Below are positions 1 to 14,030 of a DNA stretch of 64,000 nt, in pieces. How positions within the stretch are numbered: position 1 is the first letter of the stretch; every line of letters begins with the position of its first letter. The notes beneath the pieces are model-generated. The model did no database searches and was not told the origin of the DNA. It worked only from the letters and a program-made list of their open reading frames with translations. Both the position numbers and the translations under genes were made by a program. The stretch lies in NCBI RefSeq assembly GCF_009914755.1, contig NC_060935.1. One strand, given 5' to 3'. This DNA is from the human T2T-CHM13v2.0 reference genome, Homo sapiens.

Positions 1-236
1 CAAAACTCCTCAATTAAAGGAATCCTATATTATGCGGAAATGGCCAGGCTCCTATTACATCCTTGTTCAGTCTTTGGTTAGGTTCCACACTGAGAAGAGC
101 ATGACCTCATCTTGAAAGTTAAGGCAGATTGTTACAGAGCTACAGCTAGAAAATGTCAACTAAGCACACTCCTTGCAACTGGGTAATGTGCCTTTTCTTG
201 AAGGGAAATCTCAGATACACATCTCTGTCTGCTACA
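1..236 (-). mobile_element. LTR16A-like ERV-L solo LTR (5' part; truncated by window edge)
   Basis: Reverse complement begins TGTAGCAGACAGAGATGTGTATCTGAGATTTCCCTTCAAGAAAAGG...CCCAGTTGCAAGGAGTG, matching the recalled LTR16A 5' end. Confidence 0.7.
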
Positions 237-254
237 TATAATGTGTATCATTAA

Positions 255-2400
255 TTCTATAAGAAATTGCCAAACTTTTTTCCAAAGTGGTTGTAACATT
301 TTATAATCTCAACAGCAATACATGAGAACTACACTTGCTAGATACACTTGCCAAAACTCGGTGTGGTCAGTCTTCTAATATTAGCTGTTTTAATGGGAAC
401 TAGAGGAATCTCATTTTAGTTTTAATTTAATTTTTTATGATGAATATCATTTTATGTGTTTACCGGACATTTATGTATCTTTTGTAGTGTCACTTCAAAT
501 CCTTTATTTCCTTTTGAATTGAATCACTGATCTTGTTATTCAATAATAAGAATTGTGTACATATTCTAGATGCAAATCATTTGCCAGATTGCAAATATTT
601 GTACCCAGTCTGAGGCTTGCATTTCTTTTGTTTAATGGTGACTTTGAAGAGTGGGAAAATTTTAAGTTTGATAAATTCAACCTGTCATTTTTTTTCTCTT
701 ATAGTTACTGCTTTTTATGTCCTTTCCAAGTAATCTTTTTTATAGCCTGTTTACAATTGTTTGGTTTTCTTTTAGTTTTATAATTTTAGGTTTATATTTA
801 GGTACATAATCCATTTCTATGATTTTTTGTGTATGATAGGAGAGATTAAGAGTCATTTTTATTTTGATCACATATCCAGCATTTGTTGTTTATAAAGAAA
901 ATCTAGTACCATTTGTTGAAGGTTGAATATCTAGAATCATTTGTTGAAAAACCTACCTATTCCCATTGAGTCACTTTTACACTTTGTTGAAAATTCAGTT
1001 GACCATACACGTGTGGGTCTCCTTCTGGATTCTCTGTTCTTTTACACTAATTAATGTGTTGTTTTTACAGCAATACCATACTGTCTTGATTATTATAGCT
1101 TTATAATAAGTCTTGAAAATAGTGTCAATCCTCTAACCATTTTCTTTTTCAAAGTTATTTTGCCTTTCCTTTGTTTTTTGCTTGCCTCTATAAATTTACT
1201 AATAGCTTATCAATTTTTACAATTGGCTTTGAGTGGAATTTATATGAACTTCTGTGATCTAACTTAGAACTTCTGTCTTCTTAGTAATATTAAGTCTCCC
1301 AATCTTTGACCATAGTACATTTCTTCATTTATTTTGGTTGTCTTTAATTTATCTCAGGCATCTTTTGTAGATTTTAGTGTAAAGATCTTACACATATGAA
1401 ATTCATGCCTAAGTCATCATGATTTTTAATGCTGCTAATGCATTTTTCACTTAATTCCAATTATTGGTTGTGAGTATATTCAAATACAATTTATATTTTA
1501 TATTGACCTTGTATCCTGTGATCACACTAAATTCACTTCTTAATTTTAGCAGGCTTTTTATTATTTTTAAAAATCCATATGAATTACTATTATACTTTTA
1601 ACATTGACACTGGCAAAGAGATTTTACTTTTTCCTTTTCGGTCTGTATTTAAGATTGCACTGCTTAGTGAAGTGACATCGTTGGTCTGGGGTAATACCCG
1701 AGGTTCATTTTCCCGTGGCCACAGAAAACTAGAAAGTGACAAAAAAGAGTAAGGTTCAAAGTGGAAGTTTAATAGGTGAAAGAAAGAGAAAAGCTCTCTT
1801 GCTACAGAGAGGGGTCCTGTAGAAAATGGGTTACCACTTCTATAGTGAAATGTAAAAGGTTTTAAAGATGAGCTTGAGGAGGCAGTGTCTGATTTACATA
1901 TGGCACGAAAGATTGGTCAGATGAGGTGTTCCATTTGCATAATGCTTGAAGCAGCTCACCTCCCCATCCCAATCTTTTATTATGCAGATGAGTTTTCTAC
2001 CTGGCTGGTGCCATGTTGCCTGGTTCTTTACTGCACACGTGGTGGCAAAGAAAAGGGAAAATGGAGCCTCCATGTTGAACATGCCTCGCCCTTAGGTAGC
2101 CTTTTTCTATTGGCGCAGATGTTGGCATTCATCTGTGCAAGCTTCAAGCTTGGTTATTTATGCTTGGAGCTCGATTTTTCAGGCTGCTCTTTGTTATAAA
2201 AGAAATGATTTGGGGGCTGCTTTTTGTTGAAAGGGGAAGCCTTGCCGAGGACTTCTTTTACCCTCACTATCTGCCTAAGTATTTTCTTTCTATCTCCTGT
2301 ATCACTAGGACATTATTGCAGTATTGACTTGAACTAACAGTAAATATCCATGACTAAACCAGATCTTAAGGGGAAAGTGCTTCGTCTTATAAGTATGATA
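255..2400 (-). mobile_element. Old LINE-1 (L1M-type) ORF2 3' region, decayed, split by the LTR at 1668-2304
   Basis: Antisense L1 ORF2 motifs (ttccaaagtggttgtaacattt, ccatttgttgaa, gtcttgattattatagctttata, tattgaccttgtatcctg); L1 sequence resumes after 2304. Confidence 0.8.
1668..2304 (-). mobile_element. ERV1-class solo LTR, LTR9-like (HUERS-P3 family)
   Basis: TG...CA termini. Minus strand starts TGATACAGGAGATAGAAAGAAAATACTTAGGCAGATAGTGAGGGTAAAAG. ~637 bp, with a 4-bp TSD ttag/ctag (one mismatch) inside the L1. Confidence 0.75.
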
Positions 2401-3364
2401 CTGTATGTATGAAAACTTACCGTGAGATTACTGTGTTCTACTTGGATTCTCTTTGTATTTACAGTGGAAAGTGCTTCCAGGTATAAAACTTGTAGGTTAA
2501 AGGGCTTACTTTGCTATTTTTTATTTTCTCAGCTCACACTTAAGCACCTCTTGTTGCCCATTGTCTTAAAGCTGTTGTTCGTCCGTCATGTCCATGTTCT
2601 TTTTATTTACAGTGGGATGGCAGGTATAGTACTAGCTATTTATTCATGCCCAAGTGCAGAAAGCATTATTTACTTTTAGCACAAATTATAGAGTGAGAGG
2701 TGTACAGGAGATGATCTGGAGGGAAAAAAAAATCACTCTGGATATTATTAACGGAGGGTTTGGCATCAAACTCTTTTGTGAAATACCTAGCAACTGAGAA
2801 GTTGTTTTGCCTAAAAGTAGTCAGATTTTACTGTTTTGAACTAATGCAGAATTAAATGATTGCTTTTTCTCCCAACTTAGTCCCACATCATTATCCTGAT
2901 CCTTGATATTTTGCCTTCTCAGTGGTGAGAAGCAGCAAGTGAGGATAAAACTAATGGAATGGGAGTCGAATAGAGGGGGGAAACAGTGTTTCTTCTAAAG
3001 TCTTGAGCAGAGTAGTTGCAGCTCAACATTAGGCCATTCTATGGTAGAAGGATAAAGAATAGGACACTTCAGGTACATTTTATTCTTCCAACAGCATGAA
3101 GGTAATTGATTGCAAAGAGTTAACTGACCAGAGACAAGAAAAGAGGCATTATGTAATAGGGAATTTAATCTTTTAACCTGTTTGCTCATCACAGCAGAAG
3201 TTTTACTTGCTGGACCATGGCCTTAAATCACCCTGTCCTCTGAACTTAGTAACTTATCATTCCTTTGGGGAAAAAGGAGAGGAAAACTCTGAAATGTTGT
3301 AAGAAAACAGACTTTTTTTTAATATTTTTTTTTTATTATGGTTCCTTCTTATACTTGTTTAAAC

Positions 3365-3500
3365 TCTAGTTACCAAGACCTATGAATTATAAATCCAAAA
3401 TATTTTCAAATGCATTCTCCTCTCCCCATTCTTACCATCACTATTCTAGTTCAGACCACACTCATTCTTCACCTGGATTACTCCCACAGCCTTGATTCTG
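3365..3500 (+). mobile_element. L2 fragment
   Basis: Typical L2 text: ctccccattcttaccatcactattctagttcagaccacactcattcttcacctggattact. Confidence 0.6.
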
Positions 3501-3536
3501 TTTCCTGGGATCATGTATCAGAATGTTCAATATATC

Positions 3537-3682
3537 CAGTTGCTTTCAAAATTTAAAGTGCCTACAGATTACCTACAAATCCTGTTAGTTGAAGGCTCTG
3601 CAATGGTAGGTTTGGGCTGGTCCTATATTGTGCTAATGCTGGTGCTACTGGCCCACAGGCCACCACAGTCTGAGAAGGCTGC
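3537..3682. mobile_element. MER5A-like hAT-Charlie DNA transposon
   Basis: cagttgctttcaaa...gtaggtttgggctgg...gctggtgctactggcccacaggccaccacagtctgagaa resembles the MER5A core and termini. Confidence 0.55.
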
Positions 3683-3764
3683 CCCTTTCAGTGGGCAGCA
3701 ACAATCTTCAGTTTCTGTCAGCACTACTAGAACCCAGCAGTTTTACTGTTTTCTGTTCTGTAAA

Positions 3765-3915
3765 AATATTGTCTCTATGTGAAGTGAACGATATGTTAAT
3801 TAGATTGATTGTGGGTATCATTACAGGAGGTATACATATATCAAAATACTACATTGTATACCTTAAATATGTAATTTTTGGTTTTTCAATCATAATTCAA
3901 TAAAGCTTGGGGGGA
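3765..3915 (+). mobile_element. L1MA/L1MB-type 3' UTR end fragment
   Basis: atatgttaattagattgattgtgg...tatacatatatcaaaa...cattgtataccttaaatat...caataaagct. Confidence 0.7.
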
Positions 3916-4209
3916 AGACCTAAAACACAAAAAACCCAAGGTAGACAGTGGGCTTGTAATATTGTTGCTAGAATCTTGGGATTACTATTTAAATATTAAT
4001 CCACCAAATGAAATAAATCATTTAGAAGTTGGTAGTAAGAATATTTCTTTACCACATGGTATTGATTAGATAGTTCAGACTGGTATATTTAAAAGTGCCT
4101 TAAAAGTGTAGCATGATGTATAAATACCAAATTTTAATATTAAAAATAAGTATTGCCAAGCAGTTTGAATGATGCTCCTGAAACACATGAGAATATATGA
4201 AGGGAAAAA

Positions 4210-4420
4210 GAAAAAACACTCTCATATAATGCTAATGGAAGTGTAAATTAGTATAAGCTTTCTGGAAATCAACTTGACAACATGTATCAAGAGATATCAC
4301 TTCTAAGAACCTAAACTACAGAAGTAATCCCAAATCAGACATATATTTATGTACAAAGATATTTCAACATTAGAACAGTTAAGTAAATCATGGTATACAT
4401 ATCCTGCAAACAGTTTTAAT
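4210..4420 (+). mobile_element. Old L1 (L1ME-like) ORF2 end/3' UTR fragment
   Basis: ctcatataatgctaatggaagtgtaaattagtataagctttctggaaatcaacttgacaa. Confidence 0.5.
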
Positions 4421-4827
4421 AATTTATGAAAAAATTTATTGTAAAGTTGTGCTTACAAATGTAGTCTTGGCCTTCTACATGAGATACCTGGAAGGACGAG
4501 ATGGAGATACATTTGGGTATTTGTGAAGCTTGACATTTGGCGGTAGAACTGTGAGAAAATTTTTCTCCGAGGTTTAAAATGTTTTACTGAACTTTTGAGA
4601 TAATTACAATAATTAAGTATTGCTTTTATAAATTGGGAAAAATAATAAAGCAATATTAAACATTAAAAGTTTGTGTTAAGATATACATATTTTCAGATTC
4701 TCAAGGAAAGCACATCTTTGTTTTAATTATTGGCCAGGTAACCGTGAGACAATGACAACTAAATTTTTTTTGCAGCAAGTCTCATGTTTAGTGAATTTGC
4801 CCATGGGTGTGGATGAGGCAATGTCAC

Positions 4828-4852
4828 TTTTTTTTTTTTTTTTTTTTTTTTT
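4828..4852. repeat. Poly-T run (25 nt)
   Basis: Read directly. Confidence 0.95.
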
Positions 4853-5890
<1,038 letters not shown>

Positions 5891-6523
5891 TATCTATATG
5901 TACTAAGTGATTTAACACATTTTTAATGTAATATTAATTAGGATTTATTAGGCATTTTACTTATATATTCTATTTATTGTAATCTCTCTTGATTCCCTTT
6001 TTATTTCATCAATAATACTTTCTTTGGCTGATTTAGGAATTGGTAATTTTATTTTTATTTCTTAGGTTGTTGCTGTTAAAGACCTATATTCATGCTTATT
6101 TTTTGCAATTACCTTCTTAAATACATCATTTTCTATATACTTCCCCAACAAGACAAGTACTTTTATCCTTCCTTATGTCCCCCATTTCACCCCTCCATTT
6201 CCAGTCACCAAAAGTTATTTGTATTAAATTTTATTTTGTGTATATATTATCATTTCTGTTTCTTTGATTTTACCTTTATTATGAACAATAATAAATTTTA
6301 TCAAAACACTTGAATACCCTTAATTCTCATATCTCCAGCATTTCCTCCTAAAAGTGTTTCATTTCATGCAGCAAATTATTTGTGACTTTCTGTGTGTGCA
6401 AATATTTTTATTGCAATCCACACTTGATTGAAAATTTAGTTCAAAGTTATTTTTCTTCAGTACAAAAGAGTTTCATTTTTTTCTTATCAAGGGTCACTAA
6501 TGAAAACTTTGATGTCACTCTGA

Positions 6524-6700
6524 TTTTTTTAAACATTTTATTGTGGTATAATGTATGTGAACAGCTACATGTATTTAATGTATGAAACTTGATGAGTTTG
6601 GGAATAAGTGTACCACCGAGAAATTATCACCACTAAGGCCACAGACATTTCCATTACCTTTGAAAGTTTCTTCCTTCCCCCCATTATTTTTATTATTACT
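6524..6700 (-). mobile_element. L1MA-type 3' end fragment
   Basis: ttttattgtggtataat...tttaatgtatgaaacttgatgagtttgg...atcaccactaagg...tttgaaagtttcttcc. Confidence 0.6.
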
Positions 6701-9700
6701 AGTCTCCTTTCACACTGATTCTTGTTCTATTAGAAGTAACCTGCTTTTTCTCTTTGTATTTATAATATTCTCATTTTCTTTCTTCTTAAAATGTTCCATA
6801 ATCTAAATTTGAATTTTTTTTTCTCCTTAACAGTTCAATCTCGAGGTGTTTTTATTTTAATACTGGCTTTATTTCCACGCTTTCAGCTCTTTTCTCATAT
6901 TTTTAAAATCTTCTCTCCTTTTCTTATGCCTACCTAGCATATATACTAACGGTTTCAATTCTACCACATCTCTTAGTTGTCATTATATATATCCGTATCT
7001 CTATCTATCTGTATAGATAGAAATAGATTTTTCCCTTCATTCTTTTTTCTGATGTCTTCTAGGATAGAGATTCAATCTAGTCTTTTAATTCACTGTTCCC
7101 TGCCCCCTCCAAGCTGGATTTCTCTGCATACTTACCAATGTATTCCTTATTTCAATTAATATATTTTACACCCAATTTATAGTTTATAATTTGTTTTTCT
7201 TGTATCATGCCAATATCCTATCTTTTTTGATATTTACTATAAATATTCTAAATGATTCCTCTGTTACATTAGTTCTGTTTTAAATAGTGTATGTTATCTA
7301 GTTTCCTTTTGAAGTACGGTAGTCTTCAAATGTATAGGGTGGTGTTATTTAAGCTTCCAAATTCGTGTTTCTCTAGTATATCAGCTGCTCTGTTAGGTTA
7401 TGTGCATTGAGGAAGGAGCTATGTAAGGCCAGGTCTAGCTCTGTGTCAATCCTGGTGAATTAAGGATAAGGCAGAAGACTCATACAAAATCTATTTTGAT
7501 CACCTCCATTTGCTGTGCCTCATACAAAAATAATCTGGGAAGGTATTAAAAATTCAAGCTTTAGGCAACAGCTTCATATGAGGAGGCAGCTTGCATAGTT
7601 TATAAGAGGATGGGGGAATATGAAGGAATCAGCGCTCAAGGCCAGCTGGTGAGTCCATACCTACTTTCACTAGCTCCTCATCCCTACTTCCTTTCATTCT
7701 GTCCTTATTCCGAGAACATCTGTGCTGGAAGATTCAGTCTGGCACAGCTGATTCCTGTAATGAAGGGACAAAGACTGTCTCAAGGTAACATGGGATGGCA
7801 AGGTAGAATGGGGGATAAGAAAAACGTAAAAGCTTTTCTCCAACCAATCCTCTTACTGTTAGCTTATCCACTCTCTGCCCATCCTGCTTCCACTTTCCCC
7901 TTATTCCCCCTTGACATCCACAATACTTAAACAGTGCCTTTGGACTCCTCAAGACATGTCAGGGATTTCTGTTTTTATTTATATTCTTAAATTTATTTCC
8001 TGAAATCCATTTTTTCCTCTATTTTCTATAGTTTTTCCAGAGTTAATTTTGGAGGGGGTAGCTTGTGGCCTTGCTAGTTCACCATCTTGGTGGTAATCAA
8101 CGTGCCTTGAAATATTTCAGGCCCTGTTTCTGTGTTGATGTCACTGAATACCTGCTAGTTTCTGCTCCTGGGTGTGGCTTTTGGCATCTATACCCCATCC
8201 CAACTCCCCAACTCGACCTGTTCCTGACATCAGCTCACATCAATATCACAAGGTCTCCAAGGATAATATTTACAAAATACAATAATCTTAGAGTTTACAT
8301 AAAAGAAACTGGAGTAGAACTGAGCTATGGTGTGTCTTAACCCTCCTCCTATTCATTTGTTAATTCTCCCTTGAGGGAAGAGGAGGGGGAGTGAGAGAAA
8401 TAATACCCACATTTGTTTCTCATCCACAGTCCATTTCACATTTTTTGTTTGTTCACTACATGACTATCATGCTGTGTGTTGGGGTCTAGGGTGGGAAGCT
8501 TGACGGTCTCTGTTCCAGGTTCTTTCTTTTTACTGTGGACTCAGAAAATAGTTGAACAACTAGCAAAGTCCTGGAGAATACTGGCACACAGAAATATTAA
8601 GAAGGATCTGGTATCTTTTTCCTGTGGGGATTTGTGGATAGGGAGAATAGTTTGCCTGAGTGTTGGACTGTTAAATCCCAGTCAGTTCCTGTGTGCACAC
8701 AAAAAAGAGTAACAATTGGCAAATGTCTAGCACAGCTGCATTATTGCCTATAAAAAATGGGAATGAAACAAACTCATATCTAGGGTAAATGAGAAAGTGA
8801 AGCCCTTATACTGCTGCCTCCAAAAATGATTTTTACTCATCGGTAATGAGAAAAACGTCTAAATGGCTGTAAGGGACATTTGAAATTTATGTGGTTTGAC
8901 ACTTAAAATTTTTAGAAACATCTAAACCAGCATAAAAATAACCAAACTGTGAGGTTAAAATATACTACACTCCAGCCTATAACTCCATGTCAGGAGTTAT
9001 TTATTTTTGAGCAACATCTCAAATACAGTGCTAAACTCTATAGTCATTCTTTTTTTCAAAAGAGAAACAAAACAGTAAAAATATCAAGGAAAGAAACAAT
9101 TGGCACCCTCAAAGTTGAAAATTTACTCAGGAATACATCAGAATCTGCTGTTGGGTATTTGAATGTGTTAGTCCCTAACCACAAACATGTTTGCATACGG
9201 CAACAGGATTTATCTCAAGTGTTACTTTTAATTATGGTTATATGTTTATAATTTTGTGATAATAACAGTATCTCTTTGTGATTCAATTTCAAGATGAGCT
9301 CCTTTATTTTTTAAGTATTTTACCATCTGTTGCCCAATTTAATAGTGCACCTATAGGTATATGGAATTATTTTTAAAATGACGGTTCTGAATCAGTTGAC
9401 AATTACATTGAAATAGTTCTTAAAGGTGCCAATAATAAAAAAAAAAAAACTTGCAAAAAATAACTAGTCTTTGTTTGTATCTTGTCAGGAATTTTTAACA
9501 CTTGAAGGCATTTAATTTTATATTACTGAAAACCTAGATAAAAGGATGGTGTATTTTTTTTCAAAACACATACTTAGAAAAGCAAGGGAAAAAAATGTAT
9601 AAATGAGTTTTGATTTTCCAGAAAATAGTCTTCCAGTTCTACACTGTTTACTAACTGCTGTGTTATAACTGGCTTGCCCTTAATTAATTGATACATTGAG

Positions 9701-10060
9701 CCTGTTTCTTTAAAATTTGAGACATTATTTAGACATCTTTTCAGCTAGAAATATACTCTTTACTTGTATTCTAACAACTGTCATAACCAATTTCTCTTCT
9801 GCTCAGTAGAGATGCATATTTTAAGGAACATGCAACTTAAGCCCTGCTTTCTTCACCCTCAGAGTTGTGATGAAAGCTACTATAGGGAAAGGGTCATGTG
9901 TATGTGTGTTGGGGGTATGGGGGTTGGATATCTGCAGGCTTCTGTTTTTGTAAAAATATTGCTAGCACAAGTTCAGAGACTCAAGTTTAAAGGCAAGCCC
10001 TCCAAAAATGACGCTGGCATTTTGTCTGAGTAAAAGTCAATGTAAATATAATTACGATTA

Positions 10061-10165
10061 ACTCACTTATTCATTTAACACCTATTTATAGAATACCTAC
10101 TCTATCAATACCTACTGTAAAGATCATGGTCCCTACCTTCAAGGAGTTCCTGGTAAAGTATAAAG
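10061..10165 (-). mobile_element. L2 3' end fragment
   Basis: ttattcatttaacacctatttatagaatacctact...catggtccctaccttcaaggagttc. Confidence 0.55.
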
Positions 10166-10369
10166 CAGATGAAGCAACAGAAGATTGGTAGTCAGGTATC
10201 AGTAGAAAATCACTGAGATGTTGGCATTGACTCCCTGTTTGGTTTCTTGAGGATAATATAACAAAGTGTTAAAATTCAAATATTACTCCAGTGAAATAAA
10301 GTCTTCTGATATTTTCAGCACTTACTGACTGAATGGCCACAGCATACCCACATATTAAAATGGACTCTT

Positions 10370-11005
<636 letters not shown>

Positions 11006-11129
11006 TTAACCCCCCTGCATGTTTCATGGATTCATTATTAATATCAACTCCTTACATCTGCTAGTGGTTTAAACTCACTTTTACCCACATGTTCTTATTT
11101 GATTTCTATAACAGACTTGCATAGGCAAC

Positions 11130-11400
11130 AGAAAGTATAGAAGTTAGTAGAGACACTTACTCTGAAGATAAATTAGTTAAAAATCCCACCTCTACCTTTT
11201 GTTATGCAGTTTAACTTGGGGATGATAATAAGATCTCTTTGTTTTCTTTTTGTTTGTTTTGTTTTTATTTTATTATTATTATACTTTAAGTTTTAGGGTA
11301 CATGTGTTTTAATTGAGGATAGGTAGATGATAATCATAGTACTCAACATATAAGTTTGCTGTGAGCAGTAAACAAGTTAACATATAAAAGAGTAGTCTCA
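11130..11400 (+). mobile_element. MIR fragment split by a tiny L1 insertion
   Basis: aaatcccacctctacc...aacttggg ... gataatcatagtactcaacatataagtttgctgtgagcagtaaacaagttaacatataaaag. Confidence 0.5.
11246..11306 (-). mobile_element. Ultra-short 5'-truncated young L1PA (3' terminal ~28 nt plus tail)
   Basis: ttatactttaagttttagggtacatgtg is the L1HS/L1PA2-4 3' terminus. TSD tgtttt at 11240-11245 and 11305-11310, followed by AA. Confidence 0.75.
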
Positions 11401-13469
11401 GTGATCGTTCCAGCTATCTAAGACAGTAACACTTACGAGTTCTCTATGTTCCACAGCCAGTTTTGGCTACATTGTAACTATATCATGGCTTTAATCTCTG
11501 AGAAATGGTTTACATAGTTCTCAGATTTCATATTAACCCTGCACACCAATTTTTTTTTGTAACTGAATGATATTGCTTATCCAGATACCTGTGATCTCTT
11601 GACCTATAATTTATACGCCAGCATTTCATATTCTAACTAGAGATGTCAAATCAATTTTCACCCATATGCTAACTCTTAGCAATTGGTAATGGCTGCCTGG
11701 AACTGAGCATTGAGAGGAATTTTGAGGCTCAGGAAAAAAAGGTTTACATACATACTACTGATTTCTACTTCAGCCACAGGAGAATGAGTAAGAGCATATT
11801 TTCCATCCCTGATGTACTGAATTCACGTCCTTTCTATTTTACACAATATAAATTATTACAGCTTTAAGACTTCCACAATTAAACATATACAAGTGATTAC
11901 TAAGTGCTTTGCTAGAAAAAATAGGCAATGCAGGAGATGGTATGTGCAGGAAGCAGAGTGTTTGGAGTGTGATAACTAGTGTTCATATCTTCCTCAGTGT
12001 AGAAAGTTCTTGTAACACAAACTGGCAAACTATAAGTTCTGTGTCCTTATTAGAGGTTTTTTTTTTTTTTTAGCAAATCATAAATTTAATATTTAAGAGA
12101 AAATAGAGTCAACCTAGAACTATCTTGTTAATTTGTCGAGTTCTACAATGTTAACATCCCCAAGGAGTGCAGTGATTATTAAATAACCATTAAGTTGAAA
12201 ATAAAAAATGTCATTTTAGTCTCATTTGCTTAATTTATGATCAAAATAGTAAAGTTTTATTATTTAAATCCGCATTAAGCTTTGAAGTAATTCAGATATG
12301 CTATATAAAATTTTATTGTGTGAAATGCTATATAATTGTTAGGGTTTGGAAAGTAAAAGTATGTACCGTGAAAGCATAGTGAGTGTACATAAGTAGGGAT
12401 GTTACTTTTGTTGTCTTTTGTTTCTTTTCCCATAACTTTATTGTCTACATGTACGTTAAATTGTAAATATTAAAACATTTTTATATTTGTAACTTATTGT
12501 ATATTATGGCCTCTTAGAAATGATATATTTTAAAAAGTCTCTTTAAGGTTTCTATAGCTATGATGTTTTGACCTCTGACTTTGCAGTAATGATATTGTGG
12601 TTTCTTTATTGATACTTACTTTGTGCCTTCTTTCCCTTTTCAGATTTTATTGGACTTTTTTTATTTCCTGATTTCTTGTTTACCTTTTATTCATTTGAAT
12701 TTTGCTTGTTTCTTCAGTGGCATCATATATACCTCTTCATTTTTATTTTTAATATTCCTAATCATCTATTTCCAGATATGTTTCTAATAAGTATCAATCA
12801 TTCTTATTTGTGATACTTCTTTCTTTTAATTTTTTCCTTATACCAATCTCTATTTCTGGTATCAACCAGACAGCAGCTAGTTTATTTTCTCAAGACTCCT
12901 GTGGTTTTCTTCCATATCATCACCATGGATTAATTTTAGTAAAGTGGTTTTAAATCTAGTATCTGTTATTTCTTCAGGCTTTATGTGCTAGCAGGATCAT
13001 ATTGACTATAAAGAATGGGCATTGCCTTTTAGGGATAAGCCTTGAATCTTTATTACTGCAAATGGATGCCTTGATACAGAATGTAAAACTTATGGGGTTA
13101 TCTCAAAAGAAATACAACAGTCTCCTTAAATTGTAGTTTATTTGTTCAAATCTCTACTAAACAAAAGTATTCTTTTGAGGATTTTGATCATTGCATGTCA
13201 CTCGAGACATTATTTGTTATTTGTATGTAATTTTGGCAATACATTTATTTACAAATAAAAACATGGACTTATATCTGTTTCATTCTTTTTTTTCAACTAT
13301 TCACTCAGAGGTTAATGAAATCCTCTGAAAATATTTACTTAAGTACATGCTTAGTTGATAGACCACTTGTGAAAAGTCATTGGTATTCCATTTTGTAAAT
13401 GATAATATCCTTTAAAAGTACCATGAAAGACCAGAGCAAAGGCTTCTAATATATTTCATGCAGGGCAAG

Positions 13470-13720
13470 ATGATATGAAGGTTCTTTATGGAGGTCATAC
13501 CTAAGGAAAATCACAGAGAATAATAGGAATTAGCCAGCTAAATAACGAGTAGGGAGAGGAAAGCATTTCAGAAAGACACATAAGCAAAGGTACTTGGTGG
13601 TGCCTATGGGTGTGGTGGTGGTAGTGGTGATGGTTTGGTGATGAGGACTATGAGTGGATAAGTAACTAAAAATGCTGGATTGATTGAATTTGGTGTATTG
13701 GTATGTATTGAGAGGTGGGC
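13470..13720 (-). mobile_element. L2 fragment
   Basis: gaaggttctttatggaggt...aggaattagccagctaaa...ggaaagcatttcagaaagacacataagcaaagg. Confidence 0.45.
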
Positions 13721-13884
13721 AGAGGAGGAGAACACGTATCTGTATTAAGGTTTTCAGAAGAAGGTAAATGAAAAGTTTAGTTCTAACATTACACTTTCCA
13801 TAGTGTGTATTTAACAATAATTAATATTTATCTTGTATGTTACTGTTTGCCAGTGATCCCACTTGCATGAACCTGTTTACTACT

Positions 13885-14030
13885 GAGGAGAATCCTATGA
13901 GGCTGGGTCTAATATAGTTCGCATTTTGCCAGGACGACATTTATCAAGATCAGTTAACTGAAGTCACAGAATTTGTAGGAAAGAAAAGAGGGATTCATAA
14001 GGAGCAAATCTACTTCAAAGCCATCTCTGC
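13885..14030 (-). mobile_element. MIR fragment
   Basis: aatcctatgaggctgggtctaat...cattttgccagga...gaagtcacagaatttgtagg...gggattca. Confidence 0.5.

Noticed and set aside
2068-2086. p53-like element in the LTR9-like LTR (catgttgaacatgcct)
   Set aside because: Only one good half-site (gaacatgcct). The CATG cores are 9 bp apart rather than the canonical 10.
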